Below are positions 52,183 to 64,000 of a stretch of 64,000 nucleotides of DNA, piece by piece. Origin of the DNA: Eledone cirrhosa (lineage: Eukaryota); assembly GCA_964016885.1 (NCBI GenBank), contig OZ024740.1:404612001-404676000 (forward strand). The letters run 5' to 3'. Positions within the stretch are counted from its first letter, which is position 1, and each line of letters opens with the position of its first letter. Below the pieces are notes generated by a model. That model made no database searches, was not told the origin of the DNA, and worked only from the letters and a program-made list of their open reading frames with translations. The position numbers and the translations under genes were made by a program.

Positions 52183-54348
52183 TAATAATAAATATGCTTC
52201 TCTTTATTGGAATTTATTTAAAGAATTGTCATCACTGGTGGCTCACCTTACTGAGGTGTCAGGTGATGCCCATGAGGGTGCCTGGCTGTTTCAACACCTT
52301 AGCCTCACCATCACCCGTTCAATGCTGCAAGCCTCAATGTATTTAGTTAACCCTTATGTGATGTGATGTGCGGCCGATTGTTGTACTTAGTGCTGAAATG
52401 ACGGTCATTTTTATTCACTTTGTCACTTATTTCTTCATATGCATTGCTGAATACCAAAAAAAGACATGAACAGAGGTGGTGAATACTGACCTCCAAATGC
52501 TGAAACTCAGAAAGGAGATGAAACAGGAAAGAGAAAACTGGAAGGAAGGTGTGCTGGAGAGAACTCATCTAACCCAGGCAAGCAGTGAAAAGTGGATGTA
52601 AAAATGATGATGTGAAAGAGAAAGAGAATGATATATCATTTTCGACTTCTTTTTATAGTAGAATTTAAGTCAAAGATGAAAAAAAAAATGAATTAAAAAA
52701 AGAAATGGAGATTGTTCAGCTCAGCAGTTAAATGATGCAGGTGAAAGAGGCTTTGTGTGGTGCTGGATGGCAGGAGGACTCCTTGGTCTAATCAAGAGAT
52801 AAAAGATGCCATCCAATTAAAGAAGGAAGCTTACAAAGCTTGGCTTGGAAATAAGTCCTACTTACACTTGCAGTACAAGTAGGCACAAAGAATGACAGCA
52901 GATACAGTAAATACATGGGAGGACTGTGGGGTTAAGTTGGAATCTGACTTCAGATCAGCAAAAAAAAAAAAAAAAGAAATGATTAACAAAAATGTGAGTA
53001 ATGCTTAACAATAATTTATTCAAACTATTTCATCACAGCACTTGTAAACAATAAATTAATGTCAGTCTAAAATTCTGTGTGTATCCAATTTAGGAAAAGT
53101 ACACCGTATCCCTGTGTGTCATAATAGATGACTAAAAGGGTTATTGGCTTTAAAACATCATTACTTCAAAAAGCACCCCATCATATACATGAAGCTTATT
53201 ATGGGACCTGCAAAGTTAACTCCCACTTTAGCAGGAAAAAAATAACCTTAAAATGCTTGCTGCTGCAGTCCGAGGTACACATTTAAATTAGACTATATTC
53301 TATATCAGTCATGAGCAACCTGCGGCCTGAGAAGCTTTCTGAATGGCTCACCTAAGTCAAATCTTTCTGATTTTTTTACCCTACTTTTTCAGTCGAAATT
53401 TATCTTTCTATCATTTTTACGATCGAGGAAGACAACATGTACGAATTCTCAAGAAAGAAATCAAAACAACCTGAGTTACAGCTTTTTTTTTAATGTGGGC
53501 ACGAATGTAAATTAGCGCTTGCGCCCGCTTGATGATGAGCCATATCTCAACCGCTTCTCGAAAAAGGTTGCCCATGCCTGTTCTATATAAATATCCATAT
53601 AAATACTCACTAAATACAAAATATTTGACTTTATAAACTAGGTAAAATTATTTCCTCATCATTATCACATTGAGTAACAGAGCTATTACAAGACATTCCA
53701 TTCAAAAGCTGGTACATCAGTGTATTTTCATTTTGTGCTGCCACATACAGAGTCTCCATATCTTCTTCCATTTGTCTATAAAGAAATTAGATAAATTTCA
53801 AAATATTTTTTCTTTTTAATATATAAATAGTACACTCTGTAAAATAAATGGCATTGGGAAGGTCATCCAAATGTAGAAACCATACCAAAATATGGAACCT
53901 ATGAACAAGATAAGGTTATCTAACCTGCCCATGACAACTGATAACAATCCATCCAACCCATGCCAGCATGGGAAACATGTGTAAAATGATGATAATGATG
54001 AGATAAATAGTATCACAAATTATTGACTAAATCAATCTCCACGGATAAGATACTCAATAAAGGTTGGCTCACTTAACCCAGCTAGAAACCATCAGGATTT
54101 ACAAGTTATCATTGAAAACAGCAGGGACTTTACATAATTCATGAATGGTTCACTGATTTAGAGTACCAAAGTCAAATTTCACCACAATGTATTCATAGGT
54201 AAGGTGTATAATATACTTAATGTTGTGAGCAGAAAAAATGTTTAAGTAATGAAAATAACATTAGTAACAAGAGAAACATCATAAGCTGTAATGGTTAATT
54301 TATGACAAGAAAGACACTTCTGAAACACAAATTACTGTATATACTCAT

Positions 54349-55483
54349 ATCATCATCATCATCATCGTTTAACGTCCATCGTCCACGCTTGCATGGGTTT
54401 GGACGGGAGTTTTCCCACTTGAAGCAAGATTGGTTGTCCTGCTCGTATAGGACTGTCTGGCGGGTTTTCTACGGCTGGATGCCCTTCCTAACACCAACCA
54501 CGTTTACAGTGTGGACTGGGAGGTTTTACCATGTTACCTACACGGCCACATTACAGCGTGGACTGTGTGTTTTTTTGTCGTAACACCAACACGACCTCAT
54601 TTGTTTCGGACTGGATGTTGTGGTACCAACATAACTTTACATTTAAGGGGGTGGTGTGGATGGGGTGGGGGTAGTGGGACGGGGTGTATTTTGTTAGAGG
54701 TGCCTACTGACTGTAGGTTTCGCTTTGTACTAAGGCAAGGCGGGTCTTCTGTATAACTGTGTAGCGCCAAAGATCTTGGTCCAGTGACATTGTCTTGGAG
54801 AGGTGTAAGTGTGTGAGGTCGGAATTTATCAAGTCGTCCCAGCTTTTTCTGGGTCTGCCTATTCCGTGGCTACCGTCTATTTTTATTGCCCTGCACTTTT
54901 TTATACAGCTGTCGTCTTTCATGCGCATCATGTGACCGTACCAACGTAGTCTTCTCTCGAGTAAACAACATCTGATCCCTCTTATTCCTAATTTCTCCCC
55001 TTAGTTCGTTTATGCTTTGCCGTTCACGTATATTACACATCCAGCAGAGCATGCAAGCTTTGTTTCTCTCCAGTCTGCGTATATCCTCTGCACACAATGC
55101 CCAGGTCTCACTGCCATGTAACATTGCTGTTTATATGCAGGCATCATACAGCCTGCCTTTCATTGTTAGAGAGAACCCTTTAGCGGCCAATAGTGGTATA
55201 AGCTCTCTGAACTTTTTCCATCCCGTTCTGACTCTAGCTACTGTACTTTCAGAGCACCCTCCCCCACTGCTGATTTTGTCACCCAGGTAACGGAAGGTGT
55301 CCACTATTTCTATAGAACCATCCATGCAATGGAATGAGCTAGTATTCTGTGCGCACTTGCTGCTACTTATTGCACCAGAGCACCGGCCACATATAAAATC
55401 TATATTCTTAGTTAGCTTACCTGTGATCCCACTACATCTTTTATGCACCCATACTTTGCATTTGGGACATAAAATGGAGTTTC
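54349..55483 (-). mobile_element. RTE-type LINE subfamily A, 5'-truncated
   Basis: ORFs 55131-55448, 54870-55124 and 54704-54931; 3'UTR and tail. Confidence 0.94.
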
Positions 55484-55657
55484 TTCATATATAAATTGTA
55501 ATTTCATTCTGTGGAATTATAATGTAAAACAAAACAGCATACAACTTATCTACTGGACATATGAAACCTCAATTCAAAATATAAAGTACACTGTAAATGT
55601 TATAAGTAAAATGGAAGTGTGGCTTATCAACTAATGTGACTTATATACCAATATATA

Positions 55658-58099
55658 TGTACAGCCACCGGAAATAACATCTGTGAAATAAACAGCTCCA
55701 TCTATCTGCTTAGCTAGCTACCTCACCGTGAAACAAACAACCCTTAAAGCCCCCAAAATAAAACGCCTATACAGCAGCTAAACATCAAACGATTATTTTT
55801 GTATAAATAGAATGATTCCAAACACTTTCGCCAGACGACCTTTGGCAAAGTCAGCTCACGTATCGTTGTTCCTCCTCTGCCACACCTCTCACTCACACAC
55901 GCCTTGTACCTCTGTATCGTCACTTCATGTGAAAAAAATAGCTGACCGAAACTACATCTCTCGCCTTGCTCGTCCTTTCAACTTGTGCTTTCGTCTGTTC
56001 ATCCTTACCGTATGAGACAACAGTCCTTTTAAGGGCTACCCTCAGATCCGATCAGACCGTATGCGATAACAGTCCTTTTAAGGGCTATTCTCGGATCTGA
56101 TCAGAAGTAGTGACCAGACTGACTAACCACGTCGCTACAATTGGTGACCCCGACGTGATTCGAACATGCAACCAGACAGCAGCCTAACAAGATACCAACA
56201 TGGACATGTCACAACCAACGACAGAGGTCGAAATTTCAGAGCTGCGAGCTATGATCAGAGAGCGGGCTGGTCTAATTAAAGCCCTCTCAAATCGAGTAGA
56301 GAACCTGACCTTTCAAACACACCAGCAACGCAGCAATAGTCGATCCAGGCCTTTTCACAGTCGAAGATCCAGAAGTCCCAGTAAAAATCGTGTCTGGCAA
56401 CCTCTGCTGGTATCACGCAGAATTCGGCGCACAGGCATCTAAGTGCAAGGCCCCGTGCTCTTTCCAGAATACCAGCCAGGGCCTAGCGACGACCTTCATC
56501 CCTGGTACTGAGAAGAAAAGTCGTCTATTTTTTATCAACGACCAAACGACAGGCATCCGTTACCTCGTGGATACAGGAGCCCAGGTTAGTGTTATTCCTG
56601 TTTCACTAATCTCGGGCAAAAGACATCCAACACCGTCCTTTCTGCAGGCAGTGAACCGATCGTCAATTCTGACTTTCGGGTAGAAATCACTGACCCTCAA
56701 TTTAGGCCTGAGGCGTCATTTTCAATGGGTGTTCGTCGTGGCAGACCTGCTGACCCCTATCTTAGGAGCCGATTTTCTCCACCACTTCAACCTTCTGGTG
56801 GACATGAAGAACCGGAGGCTTATTGACACCACCACAAACTTCACTGTGAGAGGTGTATTTACCATGCAATCCACAGTGAGCCCTGTAATTTGCCAGTCAG
56901 AGCCTTCGCGTTACAACAGCATTCTCCAGAAATCACTCGCCCGGTATTTAAGGATGGACCTATTAAGCATAGTGTCACACATCACATCGAGACAAGAGGA
57001 CCACCCACAGCTGCCCAACCAAGGAGACTGCCTCCAGACCGATGGAGAATCGCTAAACAGGAGTTTCAACACATGCTGGACCTCAGAATCATTCGCTCTT
57101 CCTCCAGCAACTGGTCTGCACCCCTACACCTTGTTCCTAAAAAAGCCGAGAATGATTGGCGACCATGTGGGAATTATCGTGCACTCAACAATTCTACAGT
57201 ACCCGATAATTACCCTGTACCTCACTTGCACGACTTTTCTGCCTCTCTGCAAGGCGCATGCATCTTTTCCAAGATAGATTTGGTACGTGCATATAACAAG
57301 ATACCTATGGAGCCTGCAGATATTCCGAAGACAGCAATCACAACACCGTTCGGTTTATTTGAATTCCTGTGAATGCCGTTCGGTCTGCGCAATGCTGCAC
57401 AAACTTTTCAGCAATTTATTGACACCGTGTTACGTGATCTACCCTTTGTATACGCATATATCGACGGTGTGCTAGTAGCAAGTACTTCCGAGCAAGAACA
57501 CGAGAAGCACTTAGATCTTCTTTTCCAACGTTTGGCCGAGTACGGTATTATCATCAACCCCAGCAAGTGCCTTCTCGGCGTTCCTTCACTGTCCTTTCTC
57601 AGGCACATCATTGATAAAGACGGCATTCGTCCACTTCCTGAGAAAGTAGAAGCTATCCGCAATTTTCCCGCACCTACATCACTTCGGAAACTGCGTGAAT
57701 TCCTCGGTTTGGTGAATTTCTATAGGCGTTTCATCCCTCATTGTGCCAACACAGCCAGACTCCTCACAGACCTTCTTTGTAACCGGACTCGGAAAAACGA
57801 AGAGATCACTCTGAACGAGGAAGAATTATCACCTTTTAACCGCCTGAAGGAAATGTTGGCAAACGCTTCCATGCTCGTTTTCCCCAGATCTGGCGCTCCT
57901 CTTTCGCTGCTAGTGGACGCGTCAGACACGGGGGTTGGAGGCGTTTTACAACAACATGTCGACGGCGTTTGGCAACCCTTATCCTTCTTTTCTAAGCGGT
58001 TGCAACCTGCAGAAACCAAATACAGTACGTTTGGCCGCGAACTCTTGGCAACCTACCTGATCAGAAGTAGTGACCAGACTGATTAACCATGTCGCTACA
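55658..58099 (+). mobile_element. Defective Ty3/Gypsy LTR retrotransposon, CsRn1-like
   Basis: 5' LTR ends ...GCTACA at 56139 (start TGTA at about 55658 is uncertain); tRNA-Trp PBS at 56142; Gag CWYH...KCKAPC (CHCC) motif; protease LVDTGA; [13 protein letters not shown] and PFGLRNA with degenerate YIDG; RNase H VDAS; stops at 56681 and 57370; no integrase; 43-bp 3' LTR remnant. Confidence 0.92.
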
Positions 58100-58439
58100 T
58101 AGCTATTAAAAATTGAATAGACACACAGTTGGGTGTGAGTTCAATCTTTTGTAAGTAAAGTATGGTGACTATAGAAGCATCATTATTTTCCTTTCATGAA
58201 TATATTTAATTAATATAATTCAAGCAATTGACTGTTTATCATATTGTATGAGATTTTATTTATGTCAGGGTCAATGTACAAGTAAACATGCTTACCTAGA
58301 TACATTTGTATGTAGGTAGATATACATATATATATAGACCCACCCTGCCATATGCTCGAGTTGAAGCATAGATCTAATAGGCAACATCTTCCCCGACCAT
58401 CTCCTCTCCCATACACCTACCTTGCTGTAATCATCCCAT

Positions 58440-58941
58440 CCCTATACCTATGTCCCCAAGCATCTTCCCCACCCCACTCAAGTTCCCAACCAACACCATA
58501 GAATGGTTCCCCTGGAGCCACGACAAAAGTGCCCAACCCACACTATAAAGTGGTAGTGTAGGTATCACAAGAAAAATGTCCAGTCCACACTTTAAAGTGG
58601 TTGTGTAGGTGTCACGACAAAAAGCGCCCAAACCACACTGTAAAATGATCATGTAGGATTCATGACAAAAAGTGCCTAGCCCACACTGTAAAATGGTCAT
58701 ATGGCAACACGACAAAAAATTTCCAGCCCACACTGTAAAGTTGTCATGTAGGTGTCACAACAAAAAGCACCCAACACACTGTAAATATGGCTGGCATTAG
58801 GGAGGGCATCCAGCCATAGAAACCAAGCTAAAATCAGTTCTGGGTGAGTGAAACACGGTCCTCTGATCTGATATCTCACAAAGAGACAGCCCATCCTACC
58901 CATGCTAGCATGGAAAATTAATGTTAAATGATGATGATGAT
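58440..58941 (+). mobile_element. Diverged LINE 3'UTR with about six ~47-bp units
   Basis: CACT anchors at 58541, 58588, 58636, 58684, 58731 and 58777; conserved tail CCCATGCTAGCATGG...GTTAAATGATGAT. Confidence 0.82.
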
Positions 58942-60199
58942 ATATATATATATAGGAGGCAAATTTGGTACAAATGCTAAAATGAAATATCATCATCATC
59001 TATTTCATGCCCGTCTTTCCTTGCTTCCGTGAGGTGGATGGGTCATTAGATAGAATGTGTTTTTCTTCTTTTTTTTTTACTAGTTAGTCAGGGAGTGAAG
59101 AGTAGTGCCTATGGTCCTTGTCAGTGCTTTTGAAGCTGGTGAGAAAGAGGAAGGTATCTTTGAATGAGATACCTAATTTGGATACTTGAAACAGAATAGA
59201 TTTTTCTAAAGGCACCAAGGGCCAGGTAGTAGTGTTAAACCAGGTGACAAATTATGTTTACCAACCAACCAAGTAGACTTCATTGGTATTTGAACTCAGA
59301 ATGCAAAGATTCAGAAAAAATATAGCAAAGCGTCTCATCTGACACTCTAACAATGCCCTGGACTGGCATTTAAATAAAAGGCAAAGCTGACTCCAACAAC
59401 ATTTGAACACAGAGTGCAGAGAGCCAAAGCAAATACTCAGCCAATTTACTAATTAATTAGGGGTTTCCTCTTGCTGAAGTTGAAAATCCTCTCCTTTTAT
59501 TTTTATTACTTGGTAGGTCTGGATGAAGAACAGGCTCTCTGGAACTGGAGAGACTGATGCTGTTGATGTTCTGTTTAAATTGTTGCAGGTCCACTCCATT
59601 GGAAAAAACATGAGCAGGTAAAGGGTTTCAAACAGCCAATGTTTTAGGCAGGAAGGACCGGGCATAGTAGTCAATGTAGGGTATGAGGAGTTTGACATAG
59701 CATAGATGATGAGAGGAAGTGAGATGTATGAGTCAGTAGTGTTGGAGTGGAGGTGACAAGATTTCAGCACACTCAAAGGATCAGAGACTGTTATAGTAAC
59801 AGTAGAAGAGAGAGAGCATTGGAGTAACATTTAAAAAACAAATATTTCATTGACTATCCATATTTCCATAAGAAAAATGTATTTCAATCTACGGTAGAAG
59901 AAACATTGAGAATCCAATGTGATATAATTAATGACAAACCACGAGAGTACAGTGGATCCTCTGATAAATGTATATGGTAACGAAAATCCATAAATATAAT
60001 CATGTCAATGAACAGTTTCCTTACAAAAATGACAAATAATTAAAGCAAGAGTTTGCTATGCAGGCCATATGGCATGAGATCCTTGAGGCAAGGTTTTAGA
60101 GTTGGATGTCTTTTCTGATGCCAACACCTTCAGTCATCTCTTATAACATACAGAGGTTCTATGCCATGCAAGGACAATTATGGTTGAAACAATGATCAG

Positions 60200-60440
60200 G
60201 AACAACCATCCTAGATGGTTCGGCCTTGTATGCTGAATGGAAGATAGTCACATTCCAAAGCAACTCCTGTTTGGTGAATTAGCAAATGGCAAGAGAAGCA
60301 GAGGCTGCCCACAGAAATGCTGGAAGGACAACATTAAAGAGGATCTGAATACCTTCAGATTCAATCTGTCAACATGGCACAACCTGACTATGGACCACAG
60401 TACCTGGAGGTAGCAGACAAAGAATGGCTGCACTCTTTCA
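60200..60440 (+). mobile_element. Old RTE LINE C-terminal fragment
   Basis: LRWFGLVC*MEDSHIPKQLLFGELANGKRSRGCPQKCWKD. Confidence 0.7.
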
Positions 60441-61234
60441 GAAGTGCAACTTTCCCAGTGAGCAGAAAAGCACTGAAGATGACATCATAGCGAGAGTCCC
60501 CATCATCAATAATGACGGGGACGAGAATAACAAATAAAACATTCAGGGATATAGTGTACCTATTCTAAACTAGAAAACCTATTCTAAACACTCAGTCACA
60601 GACACAAATATACTAACACATACTTTCAATAAGATAAATTTAAAGAATTCAAAGAAATTAATGATAATAGGCTAGGCATCATCATTTAGTGAATAGAAAC
60701 AGTTCAAAAGAGGAATAAATTGGTTTGTAATGATCAAGAAGAATAGCCTACCATTTCAAGAAAAATTCTTTGAAGTGAAAAAGAAAAAGGAATTCTTTTT
60801 GCCAAAGACATATGTCTGAAATGTTAGACATTTTCTCTTTTTTATAATATACTCATTTACTGCACTTTAAAACTGTTTACACCAAAGATTTACCCTATTT
60901 AGCAATTTCATATCCAATGACAGCTCCTCAAAAGCATAGTTAAAGAATTAGTTTATATATCAAGCTGACATGTCAAAGTCATTAACTACTTCTATATGTA
61001 AAGAGGAATGTAATTAAGAAATTGAAAGTATTAAAAAAAAAGAAAAAATACAGAAGAAAACTAATAATTATAGGACCAGAGACTTATAAAAAATCATCAA
61101 TAACTGACTTCCAATAGAGGAAGTAGAAGTGTGTCAATTACCAAGACAAAACTTTTTAACATGTTGCAATATATGTGTATATATATATATATATAGTTAA
61201 AAGAATAGAGGTGTAACACACAAGTTATTATATA

Positions 61235-61725
61235 TTGGTAAACGGAATAGAAAATGCTGACAAATTGTTCACAGTTGAAAAATGGTTTAATTAGGAATAA
61301 AAGAGTATTAGTAATTGTATGGGTTAGTATTCAGTTGTGGTTTTAAGTTTTTAAGTTTTTACCGGTTGCGCATTTCTAAATGCTTTTCAAAAATAATTTT
61401 GAGATCGAGTGTCCGTGTTGTTTGCTCTGATCTGATTAGTTTTGGGAATTCTACCTGTTTTTATGTTAAAAAAGTGGCTCCAGCGCTACTTTGGTATTGC
61501 AAAAATTCTTGTGGTCAAAACAATTTTGATTGGTCGGTAGAGGTCATGTGAATGTAAAAAATTGATTTTGCGCCAAGACTGTTTTTATGTTAAAAAAGTG
61601 GCTCCAGCGCTACTTGGTGTTTGCAAAAATTCTTGTGGTCAAAACAATTTTGATTGGTCGGTAGAGGTCATGTGAATAAAAAATTGGTTTTGCGCCAAGA
61701 TTGAGAAATGACTCTTTCACAACAA

Positions 61726-61769
<44 letters not shown>

Positions 61770-62956
61770 TAGTAGTAAGGTGTTCGATGTTGTGATAATG
61801 GTTAGCAGGGATGTGTGTCAAATGGCTATTAAGATAAGTGTGTGTGTGTGTGTATATAGCAGAGTAATTCGTGGTAGCAGGGATGGTCAGTAAGAATGTG
61901 TCTGTAAGCAATGGGGGGTATTTTAGCATGTCAAAAGATATTTTTCAGCTTTTGTCTTATACGGAGAAGTGCGTGTGTGTGTGTGTATAAGTCTCTTTGT
62001 ATGTTAATGTACGCGTGTGTATGTGTGTGTGTATATATGTGTGTGTGTGTGTGGGTGGACCAGTATTTTTTTCCCCCTGGTAAAATGGTGTACATTATTC
62101 GAATAATGTACACCATTTTACCAGGGGGAAAAAAATACTGGTCCACCCACACACACACACACATATATACACACACACATACACACGCGTACATTAACAT
62201 ACAAAGAGACTTATACATACACACACACGCACTTCTCCGTATAAGACAAAAGCTGAAAAATATCTTTTGACATGCTAAAATACCCCCCATTGCTTACAGA
62301 CACATTCTTACTGACCATCCCTGCTACCACGAATTACTCTGCTATATACACACACACACACACACACACGCACACTTATCTTAATAGCCATTTGACACAC
62401 ATCCCTGCTAACCATTATCACAACATCGAACACCTTACTACTACTACACACACACACACACACACATATTTGTTGTGAAAGAGTCATTTCTCAATCTTGG
62501 CGCAAAACCAATTTTTTATTCACATGACCTCTACCGACCAATCAAAATTGTTTTGACCACAAGAATTTTTGCAAACACCAAGTAGCGCTGGAGCCACTTT
62601 TTTAACATAAAAACAGTCTTGGCGCAAAATCAATTTTTTACATTCACATGACCTCTACCGACCAATCAAAATTGTTTTGACCACAAGAATTTTTGCAACA
62701 CCAAAGTAGTGCTGGAGCCACTTTTTTAACATAAAAACAGGTAGAATTCCCAAAACTAATCAGATCAGAGCAAACAACACGGACACTCTATCTCAAAATT
62801 ATTTTTGAAAAGCATTTAGAAATGCGCAACCGGTAAAAACTTAAAAACTTAAAACCACAACTGAATACTAACCCATACAATTACTAATACTCTTTTATTC
62901 CTAATTAAACCATTTTTCAACTGTGAACAATTTGTCAGCATTTTCTATTCCGTTTA

Positions 62957-62960
<4 letters not shown>
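61235..62960. repeat. 1.7-kb spacer-less palindrome (foldback-like element) between TA runs
   Basis: Arms 61235-62100 and 62101-62960 are reverse complements; centre ...GTACATTATTC|GAATAATGTAC...; ends TATA-TTGGTAAACGG and CCGTTTACCAA-TATA. Confidence 0.95.
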
Positions 62961-63003
<43 letters not shown>

Positions 63004-63090
63004 TCCATTTTGACGCTATAGTCACATATATTATGGAATACTGTTGGCTTCTTGCTACAATAATTTCTATACTTTTCATTTATATATATA

Positions 63091-63617
63091 CTAGCAGTAA
63101 AGCCCAGCATTGCTCGGGGTCACTCAGTAGCTGTGTTAAAGTTACAATGTTAAGTTTCTTTTTTGGCTTAAAAACTGTAGTGTCTACTGTGCAGACTTGC
63201 ATGTGGTGTTTTTGATTAATATTCCCTCAACCAACAATATGCCTTATGAAGTTAAGAAAACATAACGATAACCCGAATGTTATAACAAAAGAGGATGCTG
63301 GGGATAAAAACTGCACTGGTTATTTATTAACAAAGATCGAAAATGTAAACACTGCAACGCAGAGAAAAACAACGTAAGACGCTCAATGTAAACAGACCAA
63401 AGGGAAATAACTCGTCACTTACGCTCAAAAATCGATACATTAGATTCGATTTTGTCACATAGGGTGGGTCAATTTGAAATATTCTTTTTCCGATGTCTTC
63501 GCTAGGGCTCAATGTACAAGTATAGCAATTTCGGTGCAATTCCGTCAGAGATTCTAAGAGGAGATGTGTGCCAAAAATCGATAGACAGACATACAACCAC
63601 AGCTTTATATATATAGA
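63091..63617 (-). mobile_element. Non-autonomous Helitron
   Basis: Minus strand starts A|TCTATATATATAAAGC, has a 3' hairpin CCCGAGCAATGCTGGG and ends CTAG|T; inserted in an AT dinucleotide with no TSD or TIR. Confidence 0.8.
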
Positions 63618-64000
63618 TAGATATATATATTACTGTTACATTATGCAATAAAACTAAAGTGAATATAACAGCATGTGTGTGATTTAAATGACTATCATGG
63701 CTTTTCCACAATGTAATTATATAGAGTATATATCCTGTTTATAATAGTTTTATAGTTTTCCAGGCCATAGCAGAGGAGTTTAAGACTGGCTGTCCGTGGG
63801 AACTTCTAGTTCCCATAGCTAAATCTGTCAAAGAATTAGAAAAGAAATCCCAAACTTAAAATCTAAACCTGTAATTAAAAGGTCTTAAAGTAAACCTACC
63901 AAAGAGAAATGGTTTAGTTAAACAGGAATCATCTGTCATCTGAGAAGTGACCATGCTTAATATGCAGAAAATATGCAGGCAGGAATTCCATATGAGGTAC

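Noticed and set aside
56142-56173. tRNA-Trp gene on the minus strand
   Set aside because: Only the 3' 32 nt including an encoded CCA are present, directly after an LTR; this is a primer-binding site
58520-58800. CRISPR-like repeat-spacer array
   Set aside because: The whole 47-bp unit is homologous between copies and belongs to the LINE 3'UTR
61708-62478. Mirror-image ORFs of 119 aa on both strands
   Set aside because: By-product of the palindrome and (TG)n microsatellites; low-complexity VC/HT translations

Overview
AT-rich, microsatellite-rich animal genomic DNA. The SINE/LINE repertoire looks like an octopod cephalopod, but this is an inference. The one host gene is a minus-strand DNAJC10/ERdj5 orthologue: 18 GT-AG coding exons (35795 to 8900) splice in frame to about 749 aa, comprising a signal peptide, a J domain with HPD, and thioredoxin domains with CSHC, CPPC, CGPC and CGHC. 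The terminal xDEL exon was not found and probably lies left of the window. Introns and the upstream region hold many copies of an RTE-type LINE (two subfamilies, (GAT)n tail) with a C4HC3 PHD finger embedded in the reverse transcriptase region. Also present are three tRNA-derived SINE families (one using that LINE's 3' tail), TTAA-flanked MITEs, a dead CsRn1-like Gypsy element with a 32-nt tRNA-Trp-complementary primer site, and a non-autonomous Helitron. A 46-bp minisatellite fills the first 2.2 kb, and a 1.7-kb spacer-less palindrome lies near the right end. All coordinates were read by eye, and repeat boundaries are approximate.
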